This document shows positions 7,846 to 17,507 of a stretch of DNA of 43,036 nucleotides, one piece after another (within the stretch, counting starts at the first letter, position 1; each line of letters opens with the position of its first letter). The notes beneath the pieces are model-generated. The model was not told where the DNA came from. It did no database searches and saw only the letters and a list, made by a program, of their open reading frames with translations. The DNA is from a virus: positions 1-43,036 of IMG/VR virus record IMGVR_UViG_3300018476_000007; one strand, given 5' to 3'. The position numbers and the translations under genes are program-made.

Positions 7846-9051
7846 GTGGACCTAATAGAAGAAGTCTTAGAGTCCACTAATACTTTTGAGGCTCCAAAGA
7901 GATTCTACTATTGGTCAACTCTAGCAGCTATCAGTGCGGTAATGAAGGATCATGTATGGTTCGATATGGCGGGGAATTATCTGCTACATCCAAACATCTA
8001 CGTTCTTCTTTATGGTCCATCTGGTATCAGAAAAGGGCCACCTATTGCATTAGCTCAGGAGTTAGTTACTCTTGTTGATAATACTAGAGTGATCGACGGA
8101 CGATCTTCGATTGAAGCTGTCATTAAAGAACTTGGGACTTTCACAACAAGAGAAGGTAAAGCACCACTAAAAGATTCGTGCGGATTCATGGTTGCCTCTG
8201 AATTGTCTAGTTCGATTGTAGGAAACAATTCAGCTATGGATATCATGACTAATCTATACGACAGACAGTATAACACCAATGAATGGAAGTATAGATTAAA
8301 GGTATCTGAATCCGCACGACTCTTAAAGCCTACCATTACTTGGCTATCAGGGACTAATGAAGCATTGTTCAGAGACTTCATGCCTGAGAAGAATTTAAAT
8401 GGTGGATTGATTGGTAGGATGTTTGTTATCAGTGAGCATCAGAAGCAACAGACTAACTCCCTGATGTTCAGAACTAAGGCACCTGATAAGAACAAGATAG
8501 CAGAAGGACTTCTAGAAATTGCTAAGATTAAGGGCGAATTTACAATGGAGCATGATGTAAGATTAGCCCTTGATGGATGGTATCAGAAGTTCGATAAAGA
8601 AGTAGCTCCTACTTTAAATGATGATACGGGATTCGTAAGTAGGATGCTAGACTTCGTTATCAAAGTTGCTATGATAATTGCAGTGGGAAGAAGGGGATCT
8701 AGAGTACTTATCATTGATGATATTCTTGAGGGAATTAAAGTGGTTAATCCACTGATTGTTCCCACTAAGAAAGTAGTCAATTCAGTTAAGAGAACTGATA
8801 ACTCTCTGATAACTAAGCGGGCGCAAGTTTTAACTTATCTTAGTGCTCAGCCAGAATACAAGGCTGAAAGAGGTAAGTTGCTTCAAAATCTGGGACTTCA
8901 GATTGACCATGAAGACTTAGATAAGATTGCTCAGTTTATGATACAGATGAATGTCTTAACGATAGACAGTCACGGTGGATCTGTATCGTATAGACTGAGA
9001 GTTGATAGACCTGAAGTTGTAGATTGGTTGAAGAATTACAGATCAAAGTGA
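7846..9051 (+). CDS. P-loop NTPase, SF3-helicase-like layout with a degenerate Walker A
   Basis: LLYGPSGIRKGP is Walker-A-like but lacks GK[ST]. GFMVASEL is Walker-B-like, and WLSGTNE is motif-C-like. The three elements are spaced about 50 aa apart. GTG start. Confidence 0.5.
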   Translation: MDLIEEVLESTNTFEAPKRFYYWSTLAAISAVMKDHVWFDMAGNYLLHPNIYVLLYGPSGIRKGPPIALAQELVTLVDNTRVIDGRSSIEAVIKELGTFTTREGKAPLKDSCGFMVASELSSSIVGNNSAMDIMTNLYDRQYNTNEWKYRLKVSESARLLKPTITWLSGTNEALFRDFMPEKNLNGGLIGRMFVISEHQKQQTNSLMFRTKAPDKNKIAEGLLEIAKIKGEFTMEHDVRLALDGWYQKFDKEVAPTLNDDTGFVSRMLDFVIKVAMIIAVGRRGSRVLIIDDILEGIKVVNPLIVPTKKVVNSVKRTDNSLITKRAQVLTYLSAQPEYKAERGKLLQNLGLQIDHEDLDKIAQFMIQMNVLTIDSHGGSVSYRLRVDRPEVVDWLKNYRSK

Positions 9052-9061
9052 GGGGTATCTT

Positions 9062-9412
9062 ATGGGATTTCATTTCAGTCCAGAGCCTGTAGAAAAACTG
9101 AAAGAGAAGATACCCCTTGCTTTGAGTAAGATTTGGATAGCGGATGAAGATCTAGAAGATAGACCTGGATTACACAGAGAGCATGTGTTTGATTTCGAGA
9201 ATGGATTGAGGTTGATTATATCTAAGGATAAATTCCCTGGATATATTTCAGCCTTGATCCATGTATCTGGTTCTTATCCTCAGAAACATAATCCAGTAAC
9301 TGCTGCTAAAGTACATGAAGCTTTAGGTTCAATAGGTATGTATGGAATTCTAGATCATATAGGAGATACACCTAATAAGGTATCTCATTGGGTATTAGAA
9401 CTTGGTAACTAG
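9062..9412 (+). CDS. Hypothetical protein (116 aa), last gene of the + arm
   Basis: GAGGGG SD. The stop TAG at 9410-9412 overlaps the stop of the convergent gene. Confidence 0.7.
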   Translation: MGFHFSPEPVEKLKEKIPLALSKIWIADEDLEDRPGLHREHVFDFENGLRLIISKDKFPGYISALIHVSGSYPQKHNPVTAAKVHEALGSIGMYGILDHIGDTPNKVSHWVLELGN

Positions 9413-11769
9413 CGCATCTTAATAGATGGCATTTTGTATCCACTATTAGGATTTTTAAACATTCCCGATCCTGATTTTCCACTGGAAGATTTAGTCTTAC
9501 CGTAGCTTTGAATACCTATTCCGAATGCACCTGGAAGAATAACAGGTATTAGTTTAGGATCTTCTTGAGCTAGTTCAGTTAGATCCTGTATAATTAGTGG
9601 AATAACCCTATCTTTAGCCGCCTGACTCCACGTAAACTTCTCTCCTAAAACATTCTTCTCTGCCATCCAATCAACTATCAATCCTGCCAATGGAGATAGT
9701 TTATTCCTGCCAAATCTTTCCGCAGTAGTTTTCCTATTCCTATCCTCTACCTTATCCCCAGTATTAACCTGACCAGTAGCTAATTGAGTCGCTACTCTAG
9801 CATACTGCTGAAACCCACCTGTCATATCCAGCCTAGTATTACCAAACTTAAGCTTACCAAAATCTGTAGATCTTGGATCAAGCGTTCCTTCTGCACCAGA
9901 CAATTCAGAGATTGTAGCAGACCCTCCTAACAATCCTCCAACCGCTGCCATATCTCTCCAAGCACGCTTTCTAAGTTGCTTAGCTAATGCAGAATCAACT
10001 CCCTTTTCCAGCATTCGGGGATCTGCAAAAGCCCTTCTAACCATATTAACTCTGGATGCCATTAGCTTAGGAGAGAAGAGAACATCGTTTAGAATCTCTG
10101 CATTCTTCTCCAATTTCCCTAGATGTCCACGCCCAGTAGCATCATTAATATATCGAGCGATCGCCCGCGCATTTTCATTAACTTTACCATCCTTACCTAT
10201 AAGCTCAACTCCTGCCTTCTGAGCTTTCTCTACCATATTATCAAATAGATCACTTCTAAGTTTATTACCGAATGCCATATAGGCTCTATTAGATGCTCGG
10301 ATAGGACTGAATCCGGCAAGTTTGATTCCTTCTACTAGAGTATCCTTGCTAATACTCTCCTCAACATTTTTAATATTCTTACCTAGTTCAGAGAATTCTA
10401 TTCCTGCTTCCTCTGCCATTTTGAAATTAGGTTTAGTGAGAACTTGATTTTGAAGAGTTTCAAAGTTCTCTTCTTTAAGTGCAGACTTCATCATAGGTAC
10501 CATAGATTTCCAGAATTCTTTTCTGGTTATATTAGTGATACCTTGTCTAAAGGGGAATGATAAGTCAAGACCTGTCTGCAATTGTCTAGCTTCAGCAGCA
10601 GCTTTCCTAATAGGATTCTTCATCCATGATTGAAGTTGAGTCAGTTCAGGTTTAGTTTCAAAGTCTCCTAATTTAACTTCGGGAGCGGCAGTTTGTAAAT
10701 CTACTTGTGGTGCTTGAGTATCAGCAGCGGTAGATACAGTAGGAGTTGTTGGAGTAGGAGGAACATCTACAGTAGGAATCTTAGGAATACCAAAATCAAA
10801 AGTATGGAGCTTAGGAACTTTAATCTTTCCATCCTCAGTTTGTCCACTGAGGAATGATTTAAGACCTTCTCTTACTTTCATTCCATGTTCTTGCAGTTCT
10901 TTCTCTTCTAATCCTGTATGATCCGTAAGCCATTTTACATATTTATCGTGTTGGGCACTCTTCTTAGGACGGGCTATAATATATAATGCCTTATCAAAAT
11001 CATTTTCAAATTCAGGAACGAATTCTCTAGTACCGTAACCATATCTAGGCTTAGCCCCTGCTAATTCCTTAGGAAGAAGTATCTTAGGTTCTGCTGGAAC
11101 TTTACTACTTACTTCAGCTACTACTTCAGCAGCTTTCTCGGCAGCTTTAGCAGGAATCTTAGTCTCAGAAGCTTGTGCAACTGCTTCAGATACTTCCTTA
11201 ATAGCCTTCTCTTTAGGAGTAGCCTTACTAAATTTACTATAATCTATCTTACCTAGAACTTTATTAGCAATACCCCCAGTAGCTCCACTTATAGTTGCTC
11301 CTAATGCAATTTCTTTTCCTTCTTCAAGATTAGGTATATGTAATCCTTTTTCAGTTTGTTGTCTTAACGCTGTTGAACCACCACCTAACAATGCACTCTT
11401 ACCTACTACATTAAGAAGTTTACCTGCACCAGAAAAAGGAATAGCTCCAATAGCCGCAGCCCCACCTATATTAGGTAAACTAAAATCCTCTCCTCCTATA
11501 AGTTGTGCTCCTCCTTCTGTTAAAGCATTTACTCCAGCACCTATAAATCCGCCTGGCGCTAGTCCTCCAATACCTCTAAGTGCCATAGCACCTATAGCGC
11601 GAGGATTATATCCTCCTATAGTCCAAGGAGTACTAGATTCAGTAGGCGTTCTGAATCCTTTATATTCTTCAGGAGGAAGATTAACAGGCGGAGGAGTATT
11701 AATAAGAGGAGCAGAAGGAGGAACAGGAGAAGAATCTCTGCGGAATTGACTATAATCAATTTGACCCAT
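9409..11769 (-). CDS. Large virion/ejection-type protein (786 aa)
   Basis: It is the last of three large genes at the distal end of the structural operon. The N-terminus is Gly/Ala-rich and hydrophobic (GAMALRGIGGLAPGGFIGAGVNAL...GGAAAIGAIPFSGAG). The functional class is inferred from position and composition only. Confidence 0.45.
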   Translation of the reverse strand: MGQIDYSQFRRDSSPVPPSAPLINTPPPVNLPPEEYKGFRTPTESSTPWTIGGYNPRAIGAMALRGIGGLAPGGFIGAGVNALTEGGAQLIGGEDFSLPNIGGAAAIGAIPFSGAGKLLNVVGKSALLGGGSTALRQQTEKGLHIPNLEEGKEIALGATISGATGGIANKVLGKIDYSKFSKATPKEKAIKEVSEAVAQASETKIPAKAAEKAAEVVAEVSSKVPAEPKILLPKELAGAKPRYGYGTREFVPEFENDFDKALYIIARPKKSAQHDKYVKWLTDHTGLEEKELQEHGMKVREGLKSFLSGQTEDGKIKVPKLHTFDFGIPKIPTVDVPPTPTTPTVSTAADTQAPQVDLQTAAPEVKLGDFETKPELTQLQSWMKNPIRKAAAEARQLQTGLDLSFPFRQGITNITRKEFWKSMVPMMKSALKEENFETLQNQVLTKPNFKMAEEAGIEFSELGKNIKNVEESISKDTLVEGIKLAGFSPIRASNRAYMAFGNKLRSDLFDNMVEKAQKAGVELIGKDGKVNENARAIARYINDATGRGHLGKLEKNAEILNDVLFSPKLMASRVNMVRRAFADPRMLEKGVDSALAKQLRKRAWRDMAAVGGLLGGSATISELSGAEGTLDPRSTDFGKLKFGNTRLDMTGGFQQYARVATQLATGQVNTGDKVEDRNRKTTAERFGRNKLSPLAGLIVDWMAEKNVLGEKFTWSQAAKDRVIPLIIQDLTELAQEDPKLIPVILPGAFGIGIQSYGKTKSSSGKSGSGMFKNPNSGYKMPSIKMR

Positions 11770-11771
11770 GA

Positions 11772-13355
11772 CTATCTTCCAGTCCGTCGCCTAGCTAAAC
11801 CCTGAGGATCATAAATATTCTGAGGTGCATTCCTAATAGAATTAATCAATCCACCTATTGTATTTAATCCAGTATCAGAATTAGGATCTGTTATCTGTAC
11901 TGGAGGATGTGGTTGAGAATAATCTCCAAAGTAGATATTATTACGAATCTGTCCTGGAATTCCTTTAATTGCTTCCAGTCCTACATCAGGAGTTCCTACA
12001 ACTGGAGGAGTCTGATCCGGTAATGCTACTTGTGGCGCTTGATTCTGTGGAGTAGAAGCTTGCTGTATCCACAATGCAATATTATCTTCATGTGTCGGAA
12101 CACCATTCTTCGTTAGATCTGCAATAGCAGCAGCCCTAAGAGCAGGATCTACTTGCGCGGCTGGTTGTTGTATATTGCCAGCAACACTATGACTAACAGC
12201 ATCCCTAACACTAGGATCATCTGATATCCCAGTAGGTCCAGCAGATACTGCACTGTTAACCTCTCCCATAGCCTGTGTCATAGTCTGATTTACAGAACTA
12301 ATAAAAAGAGCATGAAGATCAGGATTATAATCTTTCTTTAGACTTAGATTTCCTTTTTCATCCTGATCAAATAGCATATTCTGCATAGCAGGATGCTTTA
12401 GTAGAGTTTGTTTATAAGCATTATCAAATGCTGTACCCTGTTCTTTAGGACTGAGCCTATCTAGATTATCCCTTAACTTAATTTCCAATCTATCATTGGA
12501 AGATCTAAGATTCTCCATGAATTTATCATGGACTTGATCCATTCCCTTAATAGCAATTCTATTCGATTGCTGAATTCCTTCCATTTCCTTTCTGCCAGTT
12601 TGCTCTACTCCAAATCTTTCCTTAAACCATTTATGTTCCCTAGCAGATGTTTCTTCTGCAGTTTCTTTTACTTTACCTATATTCCAGACTTCTCCTGTCT
12701 TGCCATCAACTATTTGTCTTTGACCAGTTAAATCACTAACACTAATTACTTTTTTACCATTCTTAATATCATCTTCTATTTTTCTAACTTGGGCGGCATT
12801 CAATTCCATACCAGATTGGGCTACTATCATTTGCCTAATATCATCTCTGCGTTTAGCTTCATCAGCAGCAATAGCAACTTCAAGTTTATCTTGATCTTCT
12901 AATTGAGTATTCTCAATACTAGCCAAATTCTGCAATCTATTAGCCTTACTAGCATAATCTATTTGAGCTTTCTTAAATGGCTCGTCTGCAATTGACTTAT
13001 AAATTCCTATTCCATGTGCAGGATCTTTTTGAATTCCAGCACCTATAACACCGGATGCAGCAGATAGTGCTTTGCCTAATTTACTTAATTGATGTTCTTC
13101 TCTTTTAGGTTCACTAGAATAAAAATCTTTAAGTTGGTCCATATAAGGACGAGCTCTACCTCTAAGAGCTCTAAGATTAGAGTCCGGCGCGTTTAGTGGA
13201 CTACTAATTGCTGGTGTTCCCATACCAGGAGTAGTAGGATCAGCACCATAAGCATTATTAAATGGACCCGTAATATCTATGGGGAATCCAGTAGAAACTT
13301 CAGGAGTTCCACCACTAAATAATCCACGAAGTCTAAAGTTCTGAAATGGGTCCAT
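11772..13355 (-). CDS. Virion/ejection-type protein (527 aa)
   Basis: Position, a coiled-coil-like central part and Pro/Gly-rich ends. No enzymatic motif recognised. Confidence 0.4.
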   Translation of the reverse strand: MDPFQNFRLRGLFSGGTPEVSTGFPIDITGPFNNAYGADPTTPGMGTPAISSPLNAPDSNLRALRGRARPYMDQLKDFYSSEPKREEHQLSKLGKALSAASGVIGAGIQKDPAHGIGIYKSIADEPFKKAQIDYASKANRLQNLASIENTQLEDQDKLEVAIAADEAKRRDDIRQMIVAQSGMELNAAQVRKIEDDIKNGKKVISVSDLTGQRQIVDGKTGEVWNIGKVKETAEETSAREHKWFKERFGVEQTGRKEMEGIQQSNRIAIKGMDQVHDKFMENLRSSNDRLEIKLRDNLDRLSPKEQGTAFDNAYKQTLLKHPAMQNMLFDQDEKGNLSLKKDYNPDLHALFISSVNQTMTQAMGEVNSAVSAGPTGISDDPSVRDAVSHSVAGNIQQPAAQVDPALRAAAIADLTKNGVPTHEDNIALWIQQASTPQNQAPQVALPDQTPPVVGTPDVGLEAIKGIPGQIRNNIYFGDYSQPHPPVQITDPNSDTGLNTIGGLINSIRNAPQNIYDPQGLARRRTGR

Positions 13356-13373
13356 TTGATTTACCTTTAATTC

Positions 13374-14846
13374 CTACCAATAGCCACGATAAGGATCAAA
13401 CGCAGCAGTTCCTTGACCACTAGGAGTATTAGTTAAACCTCTACCCCCGCCAAACATTCCGCCACCCATCATACCACCTAGTATACCAGCACCAGCACCA
13501 ATACCAGCCATGATATTACCACCAATACCAGGCTGCATACCTAATTGTGCTTGCTGACTTAATCCTTGACCTCTCTGGCCGAACATACTATTCATAATAG
13601 CTAATTGTCTATTAGCATTAGCTTGACTGGTACTTAAATTTCTATCAAGAGCATTCTGTCCACCAGCAAATTCTCTGCCAAGACTAGATTCTCTAGCATT
13701 GAAATCTCTATCTACTGCATTCTCATCGGTAGTATGATATCTATTGTAGGCATTCTCACTACTAGTAAGACCACGATTCAATGCATTCTGCTGAACTGCC
13801 ATTTCTCTATCAAATGCATTTTCACCTCTACCCATAGTACCTTCATACAGTCCACCTAGCCCGCCTAATCCGGCTAGTTTCATATTTTGCTTATTCTGGA
13901 TATTGAATAGATCTGTATTCTGTGAGTTAGCAATATCCTCGGCGCTGATATTAGATAGATTAGCACCGATTGCAGATTCTCCTTGCAATGCATTCATTCT
14001 GTTAGCAGATTGCATTCCAGCAATTCCACCTTCAGCAGATGCAACATTGCCTATTCCCCATTGTCTTCCTTGATTGATTCTATCTTGGATTCCAACGTTT
14101 GCGTCAAGTGAAGTAGCAGCGATATTTCTTGCTGCATCTCTTTGCAATTGCCTACTAGCAGCATCAAATCCTGGAGTATAACCTCCTTGGACTGCTGCTC
14201 TTCTAGATAGTTCGTCTCTTGTACCGCCTGCATAAGCACCAATAGGTGAGAGAGCTTGAGCTTTGATATTTGCAATTGCTTCTGGAGTGTATCCACCAGT
14301 TTTTGCAAATTCATCAAAGCCACCCATGCCACGCATTCTATTTACAGTTTCATCACTAAGCCCGCCAGTATCTCTAAACTTCTTAAACTGACCTAGAGTT
14401 TCCTGTTGTTCAGCTGAACTAATCTTATCAGGATTTTTTAATGTATCCTGATTCTCATAAATACCTTTATATCCAGTATTTAAGTAATCTCTTTGATCTT
14501 TAGGAGTAGTACTACCTTCTCCCGGATTAGTAGGTCCACCCCATAATCCTCTAATTTGACTTATATCACTACTTCTTCCTTCTAATCCACTACCTCTAGT
14601 CCAAGGCGCGCCAGTGATATCCCCATAATCTCCACCAGTTTGACCAAAGAAGGGACTACTATAATTCCCTCCATAAGATCCTGCTGGCCCACCTACACCA
14701 GGAATACCACCTTCACCCCCACCTTCACTACCACTTTCACCACTAGAAGGTTGATTTTGACCTAGTAAATCATCATAACGATCCGTGACATCCTGTTGGT
14801 AATCCTTACTGTCCTTATACGATTCCTTAGTTTCTCTTTTGCCCAT
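13374..14846 (-). CDS. Gly-rich virion/ejection-type protein (490 aa) with internal repeats and a C-terminal glycine zipper
   Basis: N-terminus GESGSEGGGEGGIPGVGGPAG. Repeated (E/Q)NAxDR/NR units: ENAFDRE, QNALNRG, ENAYNRY, ENAVDRD, QNALDRN. C-terminus GIGGNIMAGIGAGAGILGGMMGGGMFGGG. Confidence 0.45.
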   Translation of the reverse strand: MGKRETKESYKDSKDYQQDVTDRYDDLLGQNQPSSGESGSEGGGEGGIPGVGGPAGSYGGNYSSPFFGQTGGDYGDITGAPWTRGSGLEGRSSDISQIRGLWGGPTNPGEGSTTPKDQRDYLNTGYKGIYENQDTLKNPDKISSAEQQETLGQFKKFRDTGGLSDETVNRMRGMGGFDEFAKTGGYTPEAIANIKAQALSPIGAYAGGTRDELSRRAAVQGGYTPGFDAASRQLQRDAARNIAATSLDANVGIQDRINQGRQWGIGNVASAEGGIAGMQSANRMNALQGESAIGANLSNISAEDIANSQNTDLFNIQNKQNMKLAGLGGLGGLYEGTMGRGENAFDREMAVQQNALNRGLTSSENAYNRYHTTDENAVDRDFNARESSLGREFAGGQNALDRNLSTSQANANRQLAIMNSMFGQRGQGLSQQAQLGMQPGIGGNIMAGIGAGAGILGGMMGGGMFGGGRGLTNTPSGQGTAAFDPYRGYW

Positions 14847-14854
14847 TTCAACCT

Positions 14855-15235
14855 CTACAAATTCTTTACCAACACGAGGTCTTTAGTTTTAATAAATTCG
14901 TACTGTTTTTCTAGCATTCTTGCTAAGCTAGGATCTTCAACAAAACATTGCAATTGATTACAGTCTGCCATCTTGCTGGCGTATTCTGCATATTGCATTA
15001 ATTCTCTCATGGCTTTAGCTCTCATTAGTTTAGGACTTTTTGGATTAACTAATAAGATTGCCTCTGCCATTCTCTTAACTATGCCATATGCTACTGGAAC
15101 TGTGCCATCTAGAACTAATCTATGAACTATGCGATTATCAATACTGTTTAACTTAAATCCTGTCTGAAGTTGATTCAGATAATCTATAACAGTTAGATCA
15201 TTCTCGTTTGGCTCTTTTATAATTAGTGTTTTCAT
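14855..15235 (-). CDS. Hypothetical protein (126 aa); weak GNAT-like resemblance only
   Basis: ORF with an ATG start. It overlaps the upstream gene by 38 nt. Only a loose acetyltransferase-like C-terminal pattern (MLEKQYEFIK) is visible. Confidence 0.5.
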   Translation of the reverse strand: MKTLIIKEPNENDLTVIDYLNQLQTGFKLNSIDNRIVHRLVLDGTVPVAYGIVKRMAEAILLVNPKSPKLMRAKAMRELMQYAEYASKMADCNQLQCFVEDPSLARMLEKQYEFIKTKDLVLVKNL

Positions 15236-15455
15236 TTTTACCTATATCAGAAGCTCTAGTTCTTGATCTGGTATCTCTATTTCTATCCCTAAATTCTCTT
15301 TCAACTCGTTCCCAATGTAACATCTCTTCTTCTTTAGCCTCTCTACGCCATCTACGTTCTCTATTCTCTCTCCATATTTGGAATGCAATACCCAATAGAG
15401 TACTTACTAATAAGAACAGTTGGGTAACGATAACTTCCTTAGCCTCAAAGCTCAT
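15198..15455 (-). CDS. Small membrane protein (85 aa); holin/spanin-like candidate
   Basis: One N-terminal TM segment (VIVTQLFLLVSTLLGIAFQIW) followed by a highly charged Arg/Glu tail. Confidence 0.5.
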   Translation of the reverse strand: MSFEAKEVIVTQLFLLVSTLLGIAFQIWRENRERRWRREAKEEEMLHWERVEREFRDRNRDTRSRTRASDIGKNENTNYKRAKRE

Positions 15456-15460
15456 GGGGA

Positions 15461-16600
15461 TTACATTAATTCCAGAACCATTCCAGCCAATGTATGTGGT
15501 TTATTACTTCCGTTAAAGAAGTTTATCGTAAATCTCAGCGTAGATGCATTAGGGAACCAATAGTGCCCTGTGAATACTTCAGTATCAACTGCGTTAGCTC
15601 CAGCCATGATACCGGCAGGAACAAAGTACATCTTAGCTACATTGGAGAATCCACTTAGCGCGACATCGTAATTAACAGTACCCTGTATTAATGTAACATT
15701 CTGTCTGACAGCTTGATTAGCTCTGTATGAACTCACATTAATACCCTGCCAAGTTCCATCACCACGAAGAAATGTTCCAGTATTAGCAGCTCCTGAACCT
15801 AGATTTGCAGTAGGAATTAATCCACTTATCTTAGTAGAGTCTAGTAGACCACTTCCTACAGTAAGTAATTGAGCTGGATTGCCTGCGTATATTCCAGTTA
15901 TTGCATGTACATGAGCATTAGTAGTCAAAGCTCCAGTAACAGATGCATTACCATTGACTGTTGTTGGTCCTAAGCTAACAGATCCACTAATAGTAGCAGT
16001 TCCACCAACAACTGCAGCCCCGCCAACATTCAATGATCCTGTCCAAGTATTACCCGCAAAATTGGTATTTCTACCAGCAGTAATATCATATGCAACTGCG
16101 ACAGTATTAGCAGTTAGATGACCAGTAATAGCTGCTGATCCTGCTGTAAGAGCTCCAGCAACATTAACAGCACCATGAGCAGTTACAGTTCCATAGAGTC
16201 CAACATCACCTATTAGATTTGTAATGGTATTAACATGTAATGCTCCGGCAGTGATAGATCCATTGACACCTAATGAACTCAGATTGCTAATAACACCCCC
16301 AGTAATAGAGACGTTATTAGCATCCTGAGTCGCTATGGTTCCAAGACCTAATGCTGTTCTACCGCCAGCAGGAGTATTAGCACCTAATCCTCCGCTGCCC
16401 ATTGCTATAACTAGAATGGTCCAACTAGATCCATTCCATTCTTCAAATTGATTAGCAGCTCTATTATATCTAATGGTTCCTAAAACTCCATTAGTATAAC
16501 CGTTCTTACCCAAAGTAACGGCATCTACATCTCTTGCTTTAAGCAGAGTTAGAAAATCAGTATAAAGACTTGTTAGTAAAGGTAAATTCCAATCAGCCAT
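15461..16600 (-). CDS. Tail fibre / receptor-binding protein (379 aa)
   Basis: AAGGAA SD. The central part is long and Gly/Ala/Thr/Asn-rich, with repetitive beta-type sequence (GSITAGALHVN, GTVTAHGAVNVAGALTAGSAAITGHLTAN...). It lies in the tail module. Confidence 0.6.
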   Translation of the reverse strand: MADWNLPLLTSLYTDFLTLLKARDVDAVTLGKNGYTNGVLGTIRYNRAANQFEEWNGSSWTILVIAMGSGGLGANTPAGGRTALGLGTIATQDANNVSITGGVISNLSSLGVNGSITAGALHVNTITNLIGDVGLYGTVTAHGAVNVAGALTAGSAAITGHLTANTVAVAYDITAGRNTNFAGNTWTGSLNVGGAAVVGGTATISGSVSLGPTTVNGNASVTGALTTNAHVHAITGIYAGNPAQLLTVGSGLLDSTKISGLIPTANLGSGAANTGTFLRGDGTWQGINVSSYRANQAVRQNVTLIQGTVNYDVALSGFSNVAKMYFVPAGIMAGANAVDTEVFTGHYWFPNASTLRFTINFFNGSNKPHTLAGMVLELM

Positions 16601-16832
16601 TCTGATGTTCCTTAACTCTCTGCCTTAGCTCTTTGATGCTAGTAGGAAATTCTTCTTTAGCTAGCGTAATCTTCAAATCTTCTCTAACTGTATCTGTTCT
16701 ACCCTTAATCCAAAACTCTAGCTGGAGCTTTATATAAGTAGATCCACGAGTTTCTATTAAATGATCTAGAACTTCGTTCTCTTCTTCTTCTAGTTCAATT
16801 AATAGATTAGTTCCATCTTTTGTTACATTCAT
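16593..16832 (-). CDS. Hypothetical protein (79 aa from ATG 16832; the track lists a TTG start at 16862)
   Basis: The ATG (MNVTKDG...) lies 7 nt after the stop of the upstream gene. The longer version would need a TTG start and a 23-nt overlap. Confidence 0.55.
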   Translation of the reverse strand: MNVTKDGTNLLIELEEEENEVLDHLIETRGSTYIKLQLEFWIKGRTDTVREDLKITLAKEEFPTSIKELRQRVKEHQNG

Positions 16833-16839
16833 TTTAGAC

Positions 16840-17166
16840 TCATGGATACATATGCGCCGCAAAAATAAACCAATTGGGACCTCCTATAGGAATTAAGACT
16901 ATACTTGAGTGTCCCTTAGTTAATGCTATAGAAGAAGCAAAATCAATTAAACCGCCAGGTCCGGGATATACTGTTACCAAGCCTCCAGAATAATTATGAA
17001 TATAGAAAGGCTTATATGTTGCATAAGTTGCATCATGCATATTTACTCTACCATTAGTGCTGACTACGACTACATCATCAGCATTAGTCATATCATATGC
17101 ACTACCGCCGCTATATGTAACTTTAAGTGGATAAGTAATAGGAACATAACTCATACAATCATCCAT
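16840..17166 (-). CDS. Tail-module paralogue C (108 aa)
   Basis: NADDVVVVSTNGRVNMHDATYATYKPFYIHNYSGG shares motifs with the two upstream genes. Confidence 0.65.
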   Translation of the reverse strand: MDDCMSYVPITYPLKVTYSGGSAYDMTNADDVVVVSTNGRVNMHDATYATYKPFYIHNYSGGLVTVYPGPGGLIDFASSIALTKGHSSIVLIPIGGPNWFIFAAHMYP

Positions 17167-17507
17167 CCTTGAGTAGCCCAGGGGAGTAAAATAATTCCCT
17201 GAAAAGGAATGGGTACAAGTTTATTTACGCCAGAACCGTCTAGAGTTTCTCCGGATGGAGGAAGAATAGTAACCGATGTAGCACCCCAATTTTTAATATA
17301 GTACGGTTTTGCATAAATACTAGCCGATGGGGGTAATTGTATAGCAACTCCTGCTTGGAAAATTAAATAAATATCATATTGAGTTTGCAACGTATAAGGA
17401 CTATTAGCTGCAGATACTCCTGCTAAGACAAAAGGGGGACTTGGTAGATTAGTAGGTATAGTAGGAGGAGCAGGTACTATAGGATAAGGAGGATGAAGAT
17501 AAGTCAT
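17151..17507 (-). CDS. Tail-module paralogue B (118 aa)
   Basis: PPSASIYAKPYYIKNWGATSVTILPP. ATGA-type overlap with the upstream gene. Confidence 0.65.
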   Translation of the reverse strand: MTYLHPPYPIVPAPPTIPTNLPSPPFVLAGVSAANSPYTLQTQYDIYLIFQAGVAIQLPPSASIYAKPYYIKNWGATSVTILPPSGETLDGSGVNKLVPIPFQGIILLPWATQGWMIV

